NCBI RefSeq assembly: GCF_001194135.2
Contig: NC_068981.1
Span: 12,432,183-12,467,778, forward strand
DNA from: Octopus bimaculoides
Lineage: Eukaryota
Direction of reading: 5' to 3'
Length of the DNA: 35,596 bases
In this document: piece after piece, positions 22,810 to 34,474 of the stretch
Numbering within the stretch: position 1 is the stretch's first letter
Layout: every line of letters starts with the position of its first letter
Program-made: the position numbers and the translations under genes
The notes under the pieces: model-generated
The model's database searches: none
The model's input: only the letters and a program-made list of their open reading frames with translations
What the model was told of the DNA's origin: nothing

Positions 22810-22995
22810 TAACAGCTACAACAACAACATCAACAACACTATCAGCAAGAAATACCTCAGGAATGAGAACCCAGAACTGGGTTCAAAATGCCACCTGGAT
22901 ACCTGAAGGCTGGAGAGTAAATCAGACGAAACGTTGTAGTAACAACAACAAAAATGAGGACATATCCGTCCTATGTAATAATGGAAATAATGTAT
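22810..22995 (+). mobile_element. PLE pseudo-LTR/tail fragment with degenerate hammerhead
   Basis: (CAA)n-rich segment, cctcaggaatgagaaccca, then gatacCTGA-aggctgg..tcagacGAAACGTTgt..aacaa..atgaggacatatccgtc. I recognise this as an octopus PLE terminal repeat; the ribozyme core is incomplete. Confidence 0.55.
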
Positions 22996-23112
22996 ATGCA
23001 AAAATAGTTTGCATTAGTGGTTTTCAAATAAGAATTTGTGAATATCTAGTGACAATTTAAAGCTTCAGAATTTTAAAAATTGGAGATTAATATTAGTATG
23101 CGTTTATCAATA

Positions 23113-23337
23113 AATTCTTTTCTACTCTAGGTACAGGTCCCGAAATTTTTGGATGATGGGGGCAGTCGACTAGATCAACCCCAGTACGTAAATCCTACTT
23201 AATTTATCGAGTATTGATCCCGAAAGGATGAAAGACATAGTCGACGTCGGTAGAATGTGAACTCAGAATATAAAGACAGACAAAATACCACTAAGCATTT
23301 CGCCCGGTGGGTTAACGTTCCTACCAGCTCGCTGCCT
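23113..23337 (-). mobile_element. tRNA-derived SINE (same family as 33310-33540)
   Basis: Reverse complement reads aggcagcgagctggtaggaacgttaacccaccgggcgaaatgcttagtggtatt..ttctgagttcacattctaccgacgtcgac..tttcatcctttcgggatc.., colinear with 33310-33480. Confidence 0.85.
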
Positions 23338-25080
23338 TTATCTCTAAATTGAAATCCTTATGATGAAAATGAAGCACACACTTTTTAAAAATATAAATAC
23401 AGATTTAAACTAATTAATAATGGACATTTTATTATTCTTCAGTGATTCTTCGAAACATTTACATAAAATGAAATTGAATTATATAGACCTCAAAACTTCA
23501 TTACGGGTATTGATGTTCCGTCATAAATGTGGATGATGGATAGATGTAATTGCTGTTTCGGCAAATGTGGATGACGGGATAGATGAATTGAAAACGCTGA
23601 AGACGTTATCGTGAATACAAGTAAGAAGTTCCTTTTCCATCTATATAACATATGCTACCTGTTTCAAATTTTAAAACTATTATTGAGTGAAAATTGAATT
23701 GAAATAAATTTCTTTTTCACGATATCAGTTTTGGAAATTCACGTGTTCTTTTGCAAAATTTACTGTGTTGGTCATTGTTCTTCTTTTAATAGTTTTTGGA
23801 TAGCACACCTACACGCATTTCTGTCACGTAGATTTACAGTAAACATTATATTAGCAGCCAAATAAGCTACAGTTCTAATTGTACATGAACTGAACAGAAG
23901 ACAACTGATGATTTCATAGGGCAACGCGATGATGCTTAAATGAATATAAAGGTATGCGGTAGAAAATTAACTGTTAGAAGTGCAACCTCAGCATTTATAA
24001 ATTATGGCAATGTTATTATTAATTACACCAAAAACAGGGATGGGCAGCAGCTTCTCAATAATTGTGAAACTAAATACAATTGTACAACCACAACATTACA
24101 CCTATAGGAATTTTATCTGTGATTTACCTGTAAATAAATGTATCGTAATGTCCCCGGGAAGACATTTTTTTTATATTAGAGCATTAACTAATGAAAATAT
24201 CGCATTACTGATGCTGTACAAAGAAAGTTCTCTTTCATTTACAAAAGAAAAGTTATTAAAATATCTGTAATGAATTGTTTCATTTATAAATACATGCGTG
24301 ATTGATACATTTATTGTATTATGGATTATCTCTCTCCGCTGCATTACATTTCCTTAAATTCTGAAAGCGAATCACGAAGACAATTATATTGTATCCGTCT
24401 GACAGAGTAAACATATATTTGTTCGTGTAGTTGCGTGTTACTCTGTATCCGTGTATTTGTCACCGTGTATGAGTGTATGAGACCGAGTAAAGATGGTTGC
24501 TAATATCAGTTTAGTATATGTGCAAGCTTATGAAATGAAGCTTATAAATTGACAATGACATGCTATAGACATACAGGTAATAATGTTAAAGAAAATATCT
24601 GATGCACTCAAAATTAGCTTTAAAATATATTGGTCCGTAGACTGAGTGAACAACTTTCAAACAACACCGTTGTGATTACCTATCTCGGTAGTTATGTTTG
24701 TAGTGGTGTAATATTCGTTGTACTTGCTATTGTGTCCCTAGATATACTGTACTAGAATCGATAATGTATATAACAGAGTCTAATGCAGTGAAGTGTGTAG
24801 CCGTGAGTATAATAATCGAAATAATGACGTCTATCTAGAAAACAAAGACTTCGTAGATTTCCGACGCGTCGTCTGCGATAGTAGTTTTTGCTGCAACTGA
24901 ATCATTCAAAGTTCACTGGCTGCGCTTGATTTGACGCTTCCGACACACTACATGAAACATTAAGTTTGGAAAATGAACCCACATGCCATTAAATACAAGA
25001 TATTTCCATCATTTTACGCATGAGAAACGCCCATAATCTGAAAATTCTACGGTAGTGTATATGTAAAAGACGGGTATAAA

Positions 25081-25346
25081 TTGTGAGTGGATTTGGTAGA
25101 CGGAAACTGAAAGAAGCCCGTCGTGTATATGTTTGTGTGTCTGTGTCCCCCCCTCCCCCCAACATCGCTTGACAACCGATGGTGGTGTGTTTACGTCCGC
25201 GTAACGTACCGGTTCGGCAAAAGAGACCACCGATAGAATAAGTACTAGGCTTACACGGAATAAGTTCTGGGGTCGATTTGCTCGAATAAAGGCGGTGTTC
25301 CAGCATGGCCGTAGTCAAATGACTGAAACAAGTAAAAGAGTAAAAG
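25081..25346 (+). mobile_element. 5'-truncated SINE (body and tail of the family whose head is at 13170)
   Basis: ttgtgagtggatttggtagacggaaactgaaagaagcccgtcg..gacaaccgatg..cggttcggcaaaagagacc..ggggtcgatttgctcga..cagcatggccgtagtcaaatgactgaaacaagtaaaagagtaaaag. Confidence 0.85.
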
Positions 25347-25836
25347 CGTAATGATAATGATGGTGGTACCGCCAGTATTTCTCGAATTCACACAGTTTGT
25401 TCAACATTTCAAAATAAGGTAATATTAAGTAATATATTTCCAAGAGTTAAGATCAATAAATTTAAGGAAGCAAAGTTTAAGTATAAAATAATTTTATAAT
25501 ATTATTGTAGTTATAAACCTGTTAACCTCGGGTGTAGTTGGATCATAATGTAGTAAGATTGTTTCTAACTCAGTGAACGTATGCATATGTAACAAGAATA
25601 ATTTCAATAGTATCTTTCGTAAAATTGATACAGTGTTGTGTTACATTGCATCGGTTTAAAAATAAGGCTTCAGCAAGATACATAACCGTAATGTAGCAGG
25701 TACTTGTGTTATTTCACTGAGATAAATGGGAGATTTTGTATGAGGATTTTTCATTTGTTTTAATAAACTATGTAGGCAGCAGTGGTATTGATTCGATTGC
25801 AGGTCATCGTACCGCCTCATGGTGAACGTAAAGATA

Positions 25837-26401
25837 CGAGGGTGAGTCAAAAGTTAATGCCATTTTGTTTAGGACAGGTATTATTACCAACACAGGAACA
25901 TGTATCATGCATCAAAATGAAGTTGGTCCTCTGTGGATCACATCCCTACTTCTCAACATAGTCACTGTTTCTCTCAATAGCAATGTTCCACCTTCGAATG
26001 AGAGCATGTATCTCTGCCCCGTAAAATTCTGTTCACTGTTCTTTGAGCCACTTCTTCACTACAGTTTTCACTTCCTCGTGCCTGGACCATCATTGTCACT
26101 GGACTATCATCTCTTCGCTCCCGTGAAGGAGAGTTTGAGAGGCAAACATTATTCCAGTGACGAGGAAGTGAAACTGTAATGAAGAAGTAGCTCAAAGAAC
26201 AGTCAACAAGATTTTACGGGGCAGGGATACATGCTCTCATTCGAAGGTGGAACATTGCTATTGAGAGAAACGGTGACTATGTTGAGAAGAAGGGATGTGA
26301 TCCACAGAGGACCAGCTTCCTTTTGATGTATGAGACATGTTCCTGTGTTAGTAATTATACCTGTCCTAAACAAAATGGCATTACATTTTGACTCACCCTC
26401 G
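25837..26401 (+). mobile_element. Non-autonomous mariner derivative with ~243-bp inverted arms, flanked by TA
   Basis: TA|cgagggtgagtcaaaa ... ttttgactcaccctcg|TA. Arms are 25837-26079 and 26160-26401. The centre and right arm encode LDYHLFAPVKESLRGKHYSSDEEVK/..LKEQS..FYGAGIHALIRRWNIAIERNGDYVEK, a mariner transposase C-terminus. Confidence 0.92.
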
Positions 26402-27685
26402 TAGTTTGACTCACCCTTCTAGTTTAAGAAGAAATGCTGAATTATAATGGTAACGCAAACCTTGGCGTTAAACCTTTGTTTGTTAGACAAATGAGTCCAT
26501 TATTGTTGCCTCAACCATAATTATTTAATCTATATAATATTTTCATGTGTCATTGAATTAATTAAAAGTAAGTCATAATCATTCCTTGTCATGTCATACG
26601 CTAGATACTACTGTAATAAACATTTAACTGTTTTTAATTATTAATTATGGCTTGTAATTCATATGAATATACTAAACGTTATCGCTACTAGGATATCTTT
26701 ATTCAAAATTATCCAAATTTGATGTAATATATAAGCAATTACCTACGCTTCGATATGTTGGTATTGTGGTCATTTTATCTGCACGCTTGATCTAATAAAT
26801 GCTAGCAATTAATAGTCAGTGATAATTCACTAAATATTTAGTCCATCGTGGCCAGTAACAAAATATCCTTTTCAGATAAGGTATTTACAATGATGATAGA
26901 AACGTATTTTGTTTTTCAGATATAATCAGTTCAAAAAACTTTTGCTATGTTAGTCAATTAATTACGTCTATTCAAATGAGATTTGTAAGATCATTATTGC
27001 AAACTAAAGATATTCCAAGATATTATCTAATTATAGAGTGAAGGCACTATAACAAACTGTATAAATGTTTACGTTCCTTCAAATCTAGGTTTCTGAAGCA
27101 ATTGATAATTTTGAAAGTATTCAATCATCGAATTGTATGTGTATCACGTTTTGCTGTCTCAAAAACTCTATTTGCCTTCACACATACACACGCATATATG
27201 CACACGCAAAACAAAAACACATACAAACACAGGCGCACACAGAGAAATCATACACACGCACGTACGTGTGTAACATACATACAGGATCATATATATATAT
27301 ATATATANNNNNNNNNNNNNNNNNNNNNNNNNNNNNNNNNNNNNNNNNNNNNNNNNNNNNNNNNNNNNNNNNNNNNNNNNNNNNNNNNNNNNNNNNNNNN
27401 NNNNNNNNNNNNNNNNNNNNNNNNNNNNNNNNNNNNNNNNNNNNNNNNNNNNNNNNNNNNNNNNNNNNNNNNNNNNNNNNNNNNNNNNNNNNNNNNNNNN
27501 NNNNNNNNNNNNNNNNNNNNNNNNNNNNNNNNNNNNNNNNNNNNNNNNNNNNNNNNNNNNNNNNNNNNNNNNNNNNNNNNNNNNNNNNNNNNNNNNNNNN
27601 NNNNNNNNNNNNNNNNNNNNNNNNNNNNNNNNNNNNNNNNNNNNNNNNNNNNNNNNNNNNNNNNNNNNNNNNNNNNNNNNNNNNN

Positions 27686-27723
<38 letters not shown>

Positions 27724-29488
27724 CATGTTTTAGCATGCGCACATAGTATAACTATATACGAACAAATGCACACATATAGAAATATGTATTGATGTATAGA
27801 ATGCCTGTCCGTGTGTGCTAACTATACGTAGGTGTATATATTTGTGTTTGTATATATTTATTTAGGTACGGTTTCATGTTTCATGCTTGAATGTAATTCC
27901 TTTGGTTATATCTTATAATCTCATAAATTAAATTTATTTTCTGTAAGTCTAAGCGGATTTTATTTAGTATATACATTAATATCACCGTTTTTCAATTAAT
28001 GTTATCCTCTGCATTATTTCTTATTCGCATTACCGATTACTATTTCTATGATAGTTTATGAAGTACGTTGTTTAATATCTTTTCATTTTCATGTGTTTTA
28101 AAGCTCCTTTTATTTCATACATTTTATATATGTTTTTTTTTTCCCTATATAATCGTAACTGTTTTCATACACGGAAGTGAATCATTAATGAATTGTTGAG
28201 AAAAAAAAAATTAACTTTATTACACAGCTTTTTGCGAATGATACTATTTAACCTCTTTCGACATACATATCTCAACCTCAAGAGTTATCAGTTGTGAAAA
28301 AATCTCTCATTTCTGCCTGTAAATAGCGACCTTTTTTTTTATTTGACCTAAATTATCTCTCCAAATACTCCCTTTTTACGTATCGATTTCAGCAACATAT
28401 GTATATATATATAAACGTGTATTCTACTCATTTTATATGCAATATTTATGCTTAGCGTTTAAGTTAAATTAATTCCTATCGCTCAACCTAGATATTTCCA
28501 ATGTCTTTTGCTAGTGATATCTTACTGATTAGCATAAGTAGTGTCATGATATCGCAGTATGTTTACTTATCTATTTGGAGCTCACTAAATCAATTCCTAA
28601 CTACTCACTCTCATTGAAACTTTGTAGATAATATTCTTGAATTAATACTCTACTCATGCCAATGCATCACCAAGTTGAATATCAACGACAAGATTAAATC
28701 TGCCTGAAATTGCAATTGTTACATGTTCTTTATCTATGTTGTACACTTCCAAGCCATCGAGTTATTTTGCAAACACTTCATGTATTACTTCTCATAATGC
28801 CTCACAATACTATTGGTGACTTCGTTAGAAATGTACTTAACTGTGAGAAAGTATCCCTAATAAAATTACAACGGTCAGCAATCCAATAATCATCAACGGG
28901 CATGCATGAAAACTCATGTTCTAGCAAATATTATTTACGTAATAAGATACAAGACTTCTTTATACTATAGAAATAAGATACAATGGCGATTATATTATGA
29001 CTAATAGCAACAGTGATTTCAGTTTAGGTATCTGTGCTCACAGAAATGCGGAAAGTACGCAGCGGCGGCCTGGGGCTTGCATTTGTTTTTCATTTTAGCA
29101 GTAGTCTTAATGTGTGACACAGCGTTTATCAATTGTATATCGAATACATCATAATGTAGAAACAATATCTAGTTACATACGTCTAATAATTATGCGATAT
29201 TGAAATTGTATTTTTCTGTTTGTTAAATTTACCTAAGTAAAATCGGATACAATGTCTTTATATACATATATATGTATGTGTGTGTGTGTCTTTGTGTGCA
29301 TGCGTGAGCCTGTGTGTGTATGTGTGTATGTGTGTATACAAGCATAAGCACACACACAGAGAATAGTCTATCCTCCACAACAAAACAAATTTTATGAAAC
29401 CATTTTTCAGTGTTATTCAATATATATGTGTGTGTATATATATNNNNNNNNNNNNNNNNNNNNNNNNNNNNNNNNNNNNTTATTTATG

Positions 29489-29522
29489 TGTTTCAGCCAA
29501 GTGGCTGCGGTCATGCTGGTGC
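29489..29522 (-). mobile_element. SINE 3'-tail fragment
   Basis: tgtttcagccaagtggctgcggtcatgctgg resembles the reverse complement of the tail at 25300-25330. Confidence 0.5.
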
Positions 29523-29590
29523 ATATATAATATGAAAATGAAAAGTTACTGATGGCGACTCCTTCAATTAAAATGTTTTCAAGACATATT

Positions 29591-29638
29591 CCTCAGCATG
29601 GCCACAGTCTAACACCTGAAACAAGTCAAAGATATAAG

Positions 29639-29640
<2 letters not shown>
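29591..29640 (+). mobile_element. SINE 3'-tail fragment
   Basis: cctcagcatggccacagtctaacacctgaaacaagtcaaagatataagat resembles cagcatggccgtagtcaaatgactgaaacaagtaaaag at 25301-25338. Confidence 0.55.
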
Positions 29641-29685
<45 letters not shown>

Positions 29686-32600
29686 GCGCGCGCGCGCGTA
29701 TATATATTTTTTAATATATGATAATTTATTTTTCATACGCGTGTATAACTTACAATGGGATATGTGATGCAGTGTTTCGATATAGAGGTGTAATATCATT
29801 TGTTGTATAAAACAATCTAGTTTGAACTGGTTCTTCATTCAACATGAACCGAAATATGTTATATATGATATTTTAGTGTTTCAATCTTCATGGAATGCTT
29901 TAAGAACGTTTGGAGGAAATCCATATGATGTGTGCGTCACATTTCATTTTTAACCACTGAGATTGAATGCTACTAAATCTACCCTTTATAGAGTTAATGT
30001 TCGGCAACTTCAGGAAAGGCATGAGTTGAGCTAGAACACCAGAGAGTGCGCTGACTTGCGCAGGACCTGGAAGGAACATAAATTAGGTGTTTAGAGAAAT
30101 TGTGAAATATAAACTCCAATGCGTGTTTGAAGGAGATAACTATGTGGTGAAATCCGTAGAATAGGATACTTTGCACTGGAAATTCATATAATACAGCTAG
30201 AGGGAGAGCAGTGGCGAGGGAGAGAGAAACAGAAATATTGACATATACGTCAGTTGCTAAAAGCAACTCACAAATCCAACAAATCACAATGTATACGCTC
30301 AGGCAAAAACGCCTATAAAAACATAGAAATATGAATAAGTATCCCAAGCATTAAGTATTGGTTGATTTATGTACTGTAATGAACAAAATATATATCTTTC
30401 ATCAATTGTATTATAATCATAATCAGGTAAGAGTGAAGGTAAATATTTGATAGCTTTGTTGACAAATCGAAACATATTTCCGTTTTAGTAAAACGCATAG
30501 ACACGCAACGTCGGTAAATTAAGTTTTCAAGCAAGGACTAGAATTGACAAGTACGCAATTGCGAGGTATAAAACGAAATCCCCCATACATTGTAAATTAA
30601 TACCATTGGAATATTTCATAGAGATGTAATTTACCACAAAGAAAATGGTGTTAAGTACAATCTAAGTTACATAATGAATTGAGCTAATATGAATGTTTGG
30701 TGCATTGATATTGGTGGTGGTTAATCTCTGTCATTTCTCGATGAAGTTTCAGTTGTGAAACTGAATTATCTGTTCTCGAATTAATCTATAAGTAGCCGAG
30801 AGTTCTGCAAACCCATATAATGTAATTCTCTGGCAAAATTAACGTCACACATAATAACAACAACGTATCATTTTTATTTTCAGATATAGTGCAGTCAGAG
30901 TTTATCTCTTTCTTCCACTCAATTTCAATCAGAATGTACGAGTTGAGATGGGGATGAATAAATTCCTGTTTACCTTAGATGCCACACTGTTGGAGTGGAA
31001 CTAGAACCTCGTGATTGGAAATTGAACTTATTCCCCATTCAGCCAACTGCATTTACGGACTGAAATTATAGCTGCAATTAAAAGGTATTTTTTATTGAAA
31101 ATAAAAATTAATTCAAGGAACTGAAATCTAAATATTTCAAGTTACAGAAATTTAAATATTAACGGCATTTGGCCTAACATTCATTAGCTAAGGGGACAAT
31201 TAGACATGATTGGGTCGCATTAGACTTTGCAGGAGAATTAACAGGACACTTAATAGAACAAGGTTCAGAGTGTACAGTTTCAGAGGGAAAGTAAATCACA
31301 CATTCGGAAATTTACAACAATAGCATTCCTAATTATCCTAAAGCTACCTTCTGTCTGAAAATGTACTAAACAGAAGCTAACATACTCTATGAGGTCAGGC
31401 AAAATAAATATTAATCTTTTGAAATTATGGGTCTCTCATGTGAATCATAATAAGCACCTTCCGGCTGAAAATGGGAATAATTAAAATTCTTAGCACAGCC
31501 ATATACACACAAACACAAAAACAAATGCACACATAAACCTAGATATTAATACTAGAAAATACAAACAGACAAACCACAAAATAAACTAGCATACTGTGGG
31601 TTGACATACTTATAATAGTGAGCAGAATATAATTTTCGGTTCAATTACATTAAGTTACTATATGTTATTAATGCAGAAGTCACCCTTGGGAAATTTTCCG
31701 ATGTCGTTATTTTAAACTGACTAATATGAAAATTAATTTCGCACCCAAACTACGCAATCTTAAAGCGATTTTGTTTGCTGCTATTGTCTTAACACGTTTT
31801 CGACGGCTGCGTCTCATAAGCTCAAAATATGTCTGCACTTGCCACCGTAATTGTCATAAAAAAATTCTTTGTAATTTTCTTAGACCAAATTAGTTTTTGG
31901 TCAAATGAAGTTTTGAGCATATCGCACTTCCCCTTGGGATGATCGTTTCTGCTATGACCCACCCCACCTGCTCACTCCCGTTTACTTACTTGATGTGAAG
32001 GGAATATAATTTAGTGAATTAATTTTATTATTCAATTATTATATCAATCAGTTGAGCTATACGTCCTTCAAGCAGAAATTGCACAGAGACAAATATTGTA
32101 AATAAGCATATTAAAATTATACATACTCTCATATGTATTGATTTTCGAATACACACGGAGTCACATGACTATAATTTTATAAGAGATATATCTTCATTAA
32201 TTGGCGAGTTGAAAGTTAAGCTGGATTTCTATTCTTAACCGAATGAGCCTATTTATATTTCATAATATGACTAGTCTCGTATAGATTAATTATTTAAATG
32301 TTTGCATGAGATTCTCTGTGTGGGTGTGCGTTTGAGTGTGTGCGTGCGTGTGAACATACATACAAAGGCATAAACAATGGTTGTTACATATTTTTTTTTG
32401 TTTTGCGGTAAATTTGAATTAATCCTGTTTCCATTGGTCATTATGGGTTTTATATTGACAGCTTTACTCAATTGGCCCATTAACGGGTTGAGAAAACGTT
32501 AACAGAATATGCGAGAGGGGAAGAGAAATTATGATTTGGAAAAGAATGGTTAAAGTAAAGAAAGGAAGAAGGAATAGAAAGAATAGTGGAGTAAAAGCAT

Positions 32601-32891
32601 TAGATAGAAAATGGGGGCAGACGATGACCGAAATTGGGGAAAGAACAGTGATTTTCGGTTCTCTTGTCCATCAGTTGCGATATTCTGTTCCTAAATAATG
32701 TCACATTTTCTTTATTTCTGTGTTTGAATGACGAAATTTGGTTGTAATAGCGAGGTTTAAAGATCGTTGTAAAACATCGTATATAATACAAGTAGTGAAT
32801 TTTATTATGGGTTACTACTACACATTAATAGTCTACTTTCTTCTATTAACAATTTCTTATGCGGTTATTAATTCTATCAAATTACTATCAA

Positions 32892-32918
32892 ATTATTACT
32901 ATTACTATTATTATTATA

Positions 32919-32975
<57 letters not shown>

Positions 32976-32998
32976 ATTATTATTATTATCATTATTAT
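32892..32998. repeat. (TTA)n/(CTA)n microsatellite
   Basis: Directly visible. Confidence 0.95.
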
Positions 32999-33136
32999 GC
33001 TTTCATAACACAGTGTAGGTAAAATTGCACCGGAGTCGTTTAGCTATCCGTTAAGTCACAACAAGGACTTCAGACAGATAATACATTCCTTAAGATTAGA
33101 GCTGTGCCCAATAAGGCTAATTTTTGCACGACATCA

Positions 33137-33138
<2 letters not shown>
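32999..33138 (-). mobile_element. Extremely 5'-truncated R4/Dong-like LINE 3' end
   Basis: Minus strand 33138-33070 reads IDVVQKLALLGTALILRNVLSV*, matching the QKxALLGTARILRxVL C-terminal motif. A ~70-bp 3' UTR and (TAA)n follow. Confidence 0.75.

Positions 33139-33212
<74 letters not shown>
33139..33212. repeat. (TTA)n microsatellite
   Basis: Directly visible. Confidence 0.95.
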
Positions 33213-33837
33213 GAGTGAGAGAGCAGTACAAGCCATCAAAGTGATACTGGCGTACAGATATACGAAACCCAATATACCCATCATAACTACCTATCTGGTA
33301 AGGGTACACAGGCTGCGAGCTGGCAGAAACGTTAGCACGCCGGGCGAAATGCTTAGCGGTATTTCGTCTGCCGCTACGTTCTGGGTTCAAATTCCGCCGA
33401 GGTCTACTTTGCTTTTCATCCTTTCGGGGTCGATAAATTAAAGTACCAGTTGCGCACTGGGGTCGATATAATCGACTTAATCCGTTTGTCTGTCCTTGTT
33501 TGTCCCCTCTATGTTTAGCCCCTTGTGGGCAACAAAGAAATAAGGGTACACCAGGTACATGCATCCCAACCATATGTGCACGTCATGATCTCATGTCAAG
33601 ATAGACAGCGCATGACCTTGCAGGTGGAGCCCAGTTAGAATTTTCTTCAGATCGAGTAGCCCATCCCGCTCAAAAGGTCCCTGAATAATGTTTGTTTAAG
33701 GATATTGACAATACCCATGTTTCCAGAGGGGACTTACCCAAACCCCATAAAATTGCTCTCAACACATAGCTATGATGCTCCCCCACTACCTCTACTCGTG
33801 ATCGGTTATGCACATATCATTAGCCACTAAGGGACAT
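33213..33837 (-). mobile_element. 3' portion of a non-LTR retroelement (LINE 3' UTR or long SINE) with (TAA)n tail, interrupted by a SINE
   Basis: Minus strand ends ..tgtactgctctctcactcaataataa. GC-richer than the flanks and recognised from memory as a common octopus repeat. The sequence is continuous once the SINE and one TSD copy are removed. Confidence 0.55.
33310..33540 (+). mobile_element. Full-length tRNA-derived SINE with 11-bp TSD
   Basis: aggctgcgagcTGGCAGAAACGttagc..ctgGGTTCAAATTCCgcc (B box)..ggggtcgata..gtgggcaacaaagaaa; TAAGGGTACAC at 33299-33309 and 33541-33551. Confidence 0.9.
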
Positions 33838-34255
33838 TATTGTTCTTGCTGCTGTTGTTGTTACTGCTACTACTATTGTCGTTGTTTTGCCCGCTTCGTT
33901 ATGTTTTTTTTTGTTTCTTACCATTGTTATTAATGTTTACTGCCTTCCTACTTTATTCCTTGGCTATATTGCCAGTATTACTTAGCCATCTCCACCTCCA
34001 CATCTATTTCCACCACGATTACTGTCAATTTTCACAATGTTGGCTCTAATCCACTCTCTACTATTGGGCCTTATTACTTCTAGCGTCTTCCATGTTCTCA
34101 TCTCCATCGGTCAATCTTCTAGCATCCCCATTCTGTGACCATTAAAACAATTACTGTTATAATAATTATAGTCGTTTTTTTTCCTATTCTTATTCATAGA
34201 AATTCTATAATCAATGTTGTCATTAATATTATTATGCCTGATATAATTCTCATCC

Positions 34256-34474
34256 TTGCTTAAAACGTTATTGCACTTCCCTAACCGACCACTCCCGTCC
34301 TTCAAACGAGCCCACAACCTACGTGACGTCTTGTTCCACAGCTTCATCTCTAACGCAACCCCCCAATCCGTTTCGTTCCACTGCTACCACTCACGCTGCC
34401 GCACTTGCCCTTACCCCTCCAACAATACCCTCCTCACAGGCACCCATCATCGACCCTATCGTATCCCTGACTTT
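34256..34474 (+). mobile_element. Penelope-like element fragment (RT-to-endonuclease linker with Cys motif)
   Basis: FPNRPLPSFKRAHNLRDVLFHS..SFHCYHSRCRTCPY..LTGTHHRPYRIPDF. The P..SFKR..NLRDxLV and C-x3-RCxTC pattern precedes GIY-YIG in PLEs. Confidence 0.75.
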
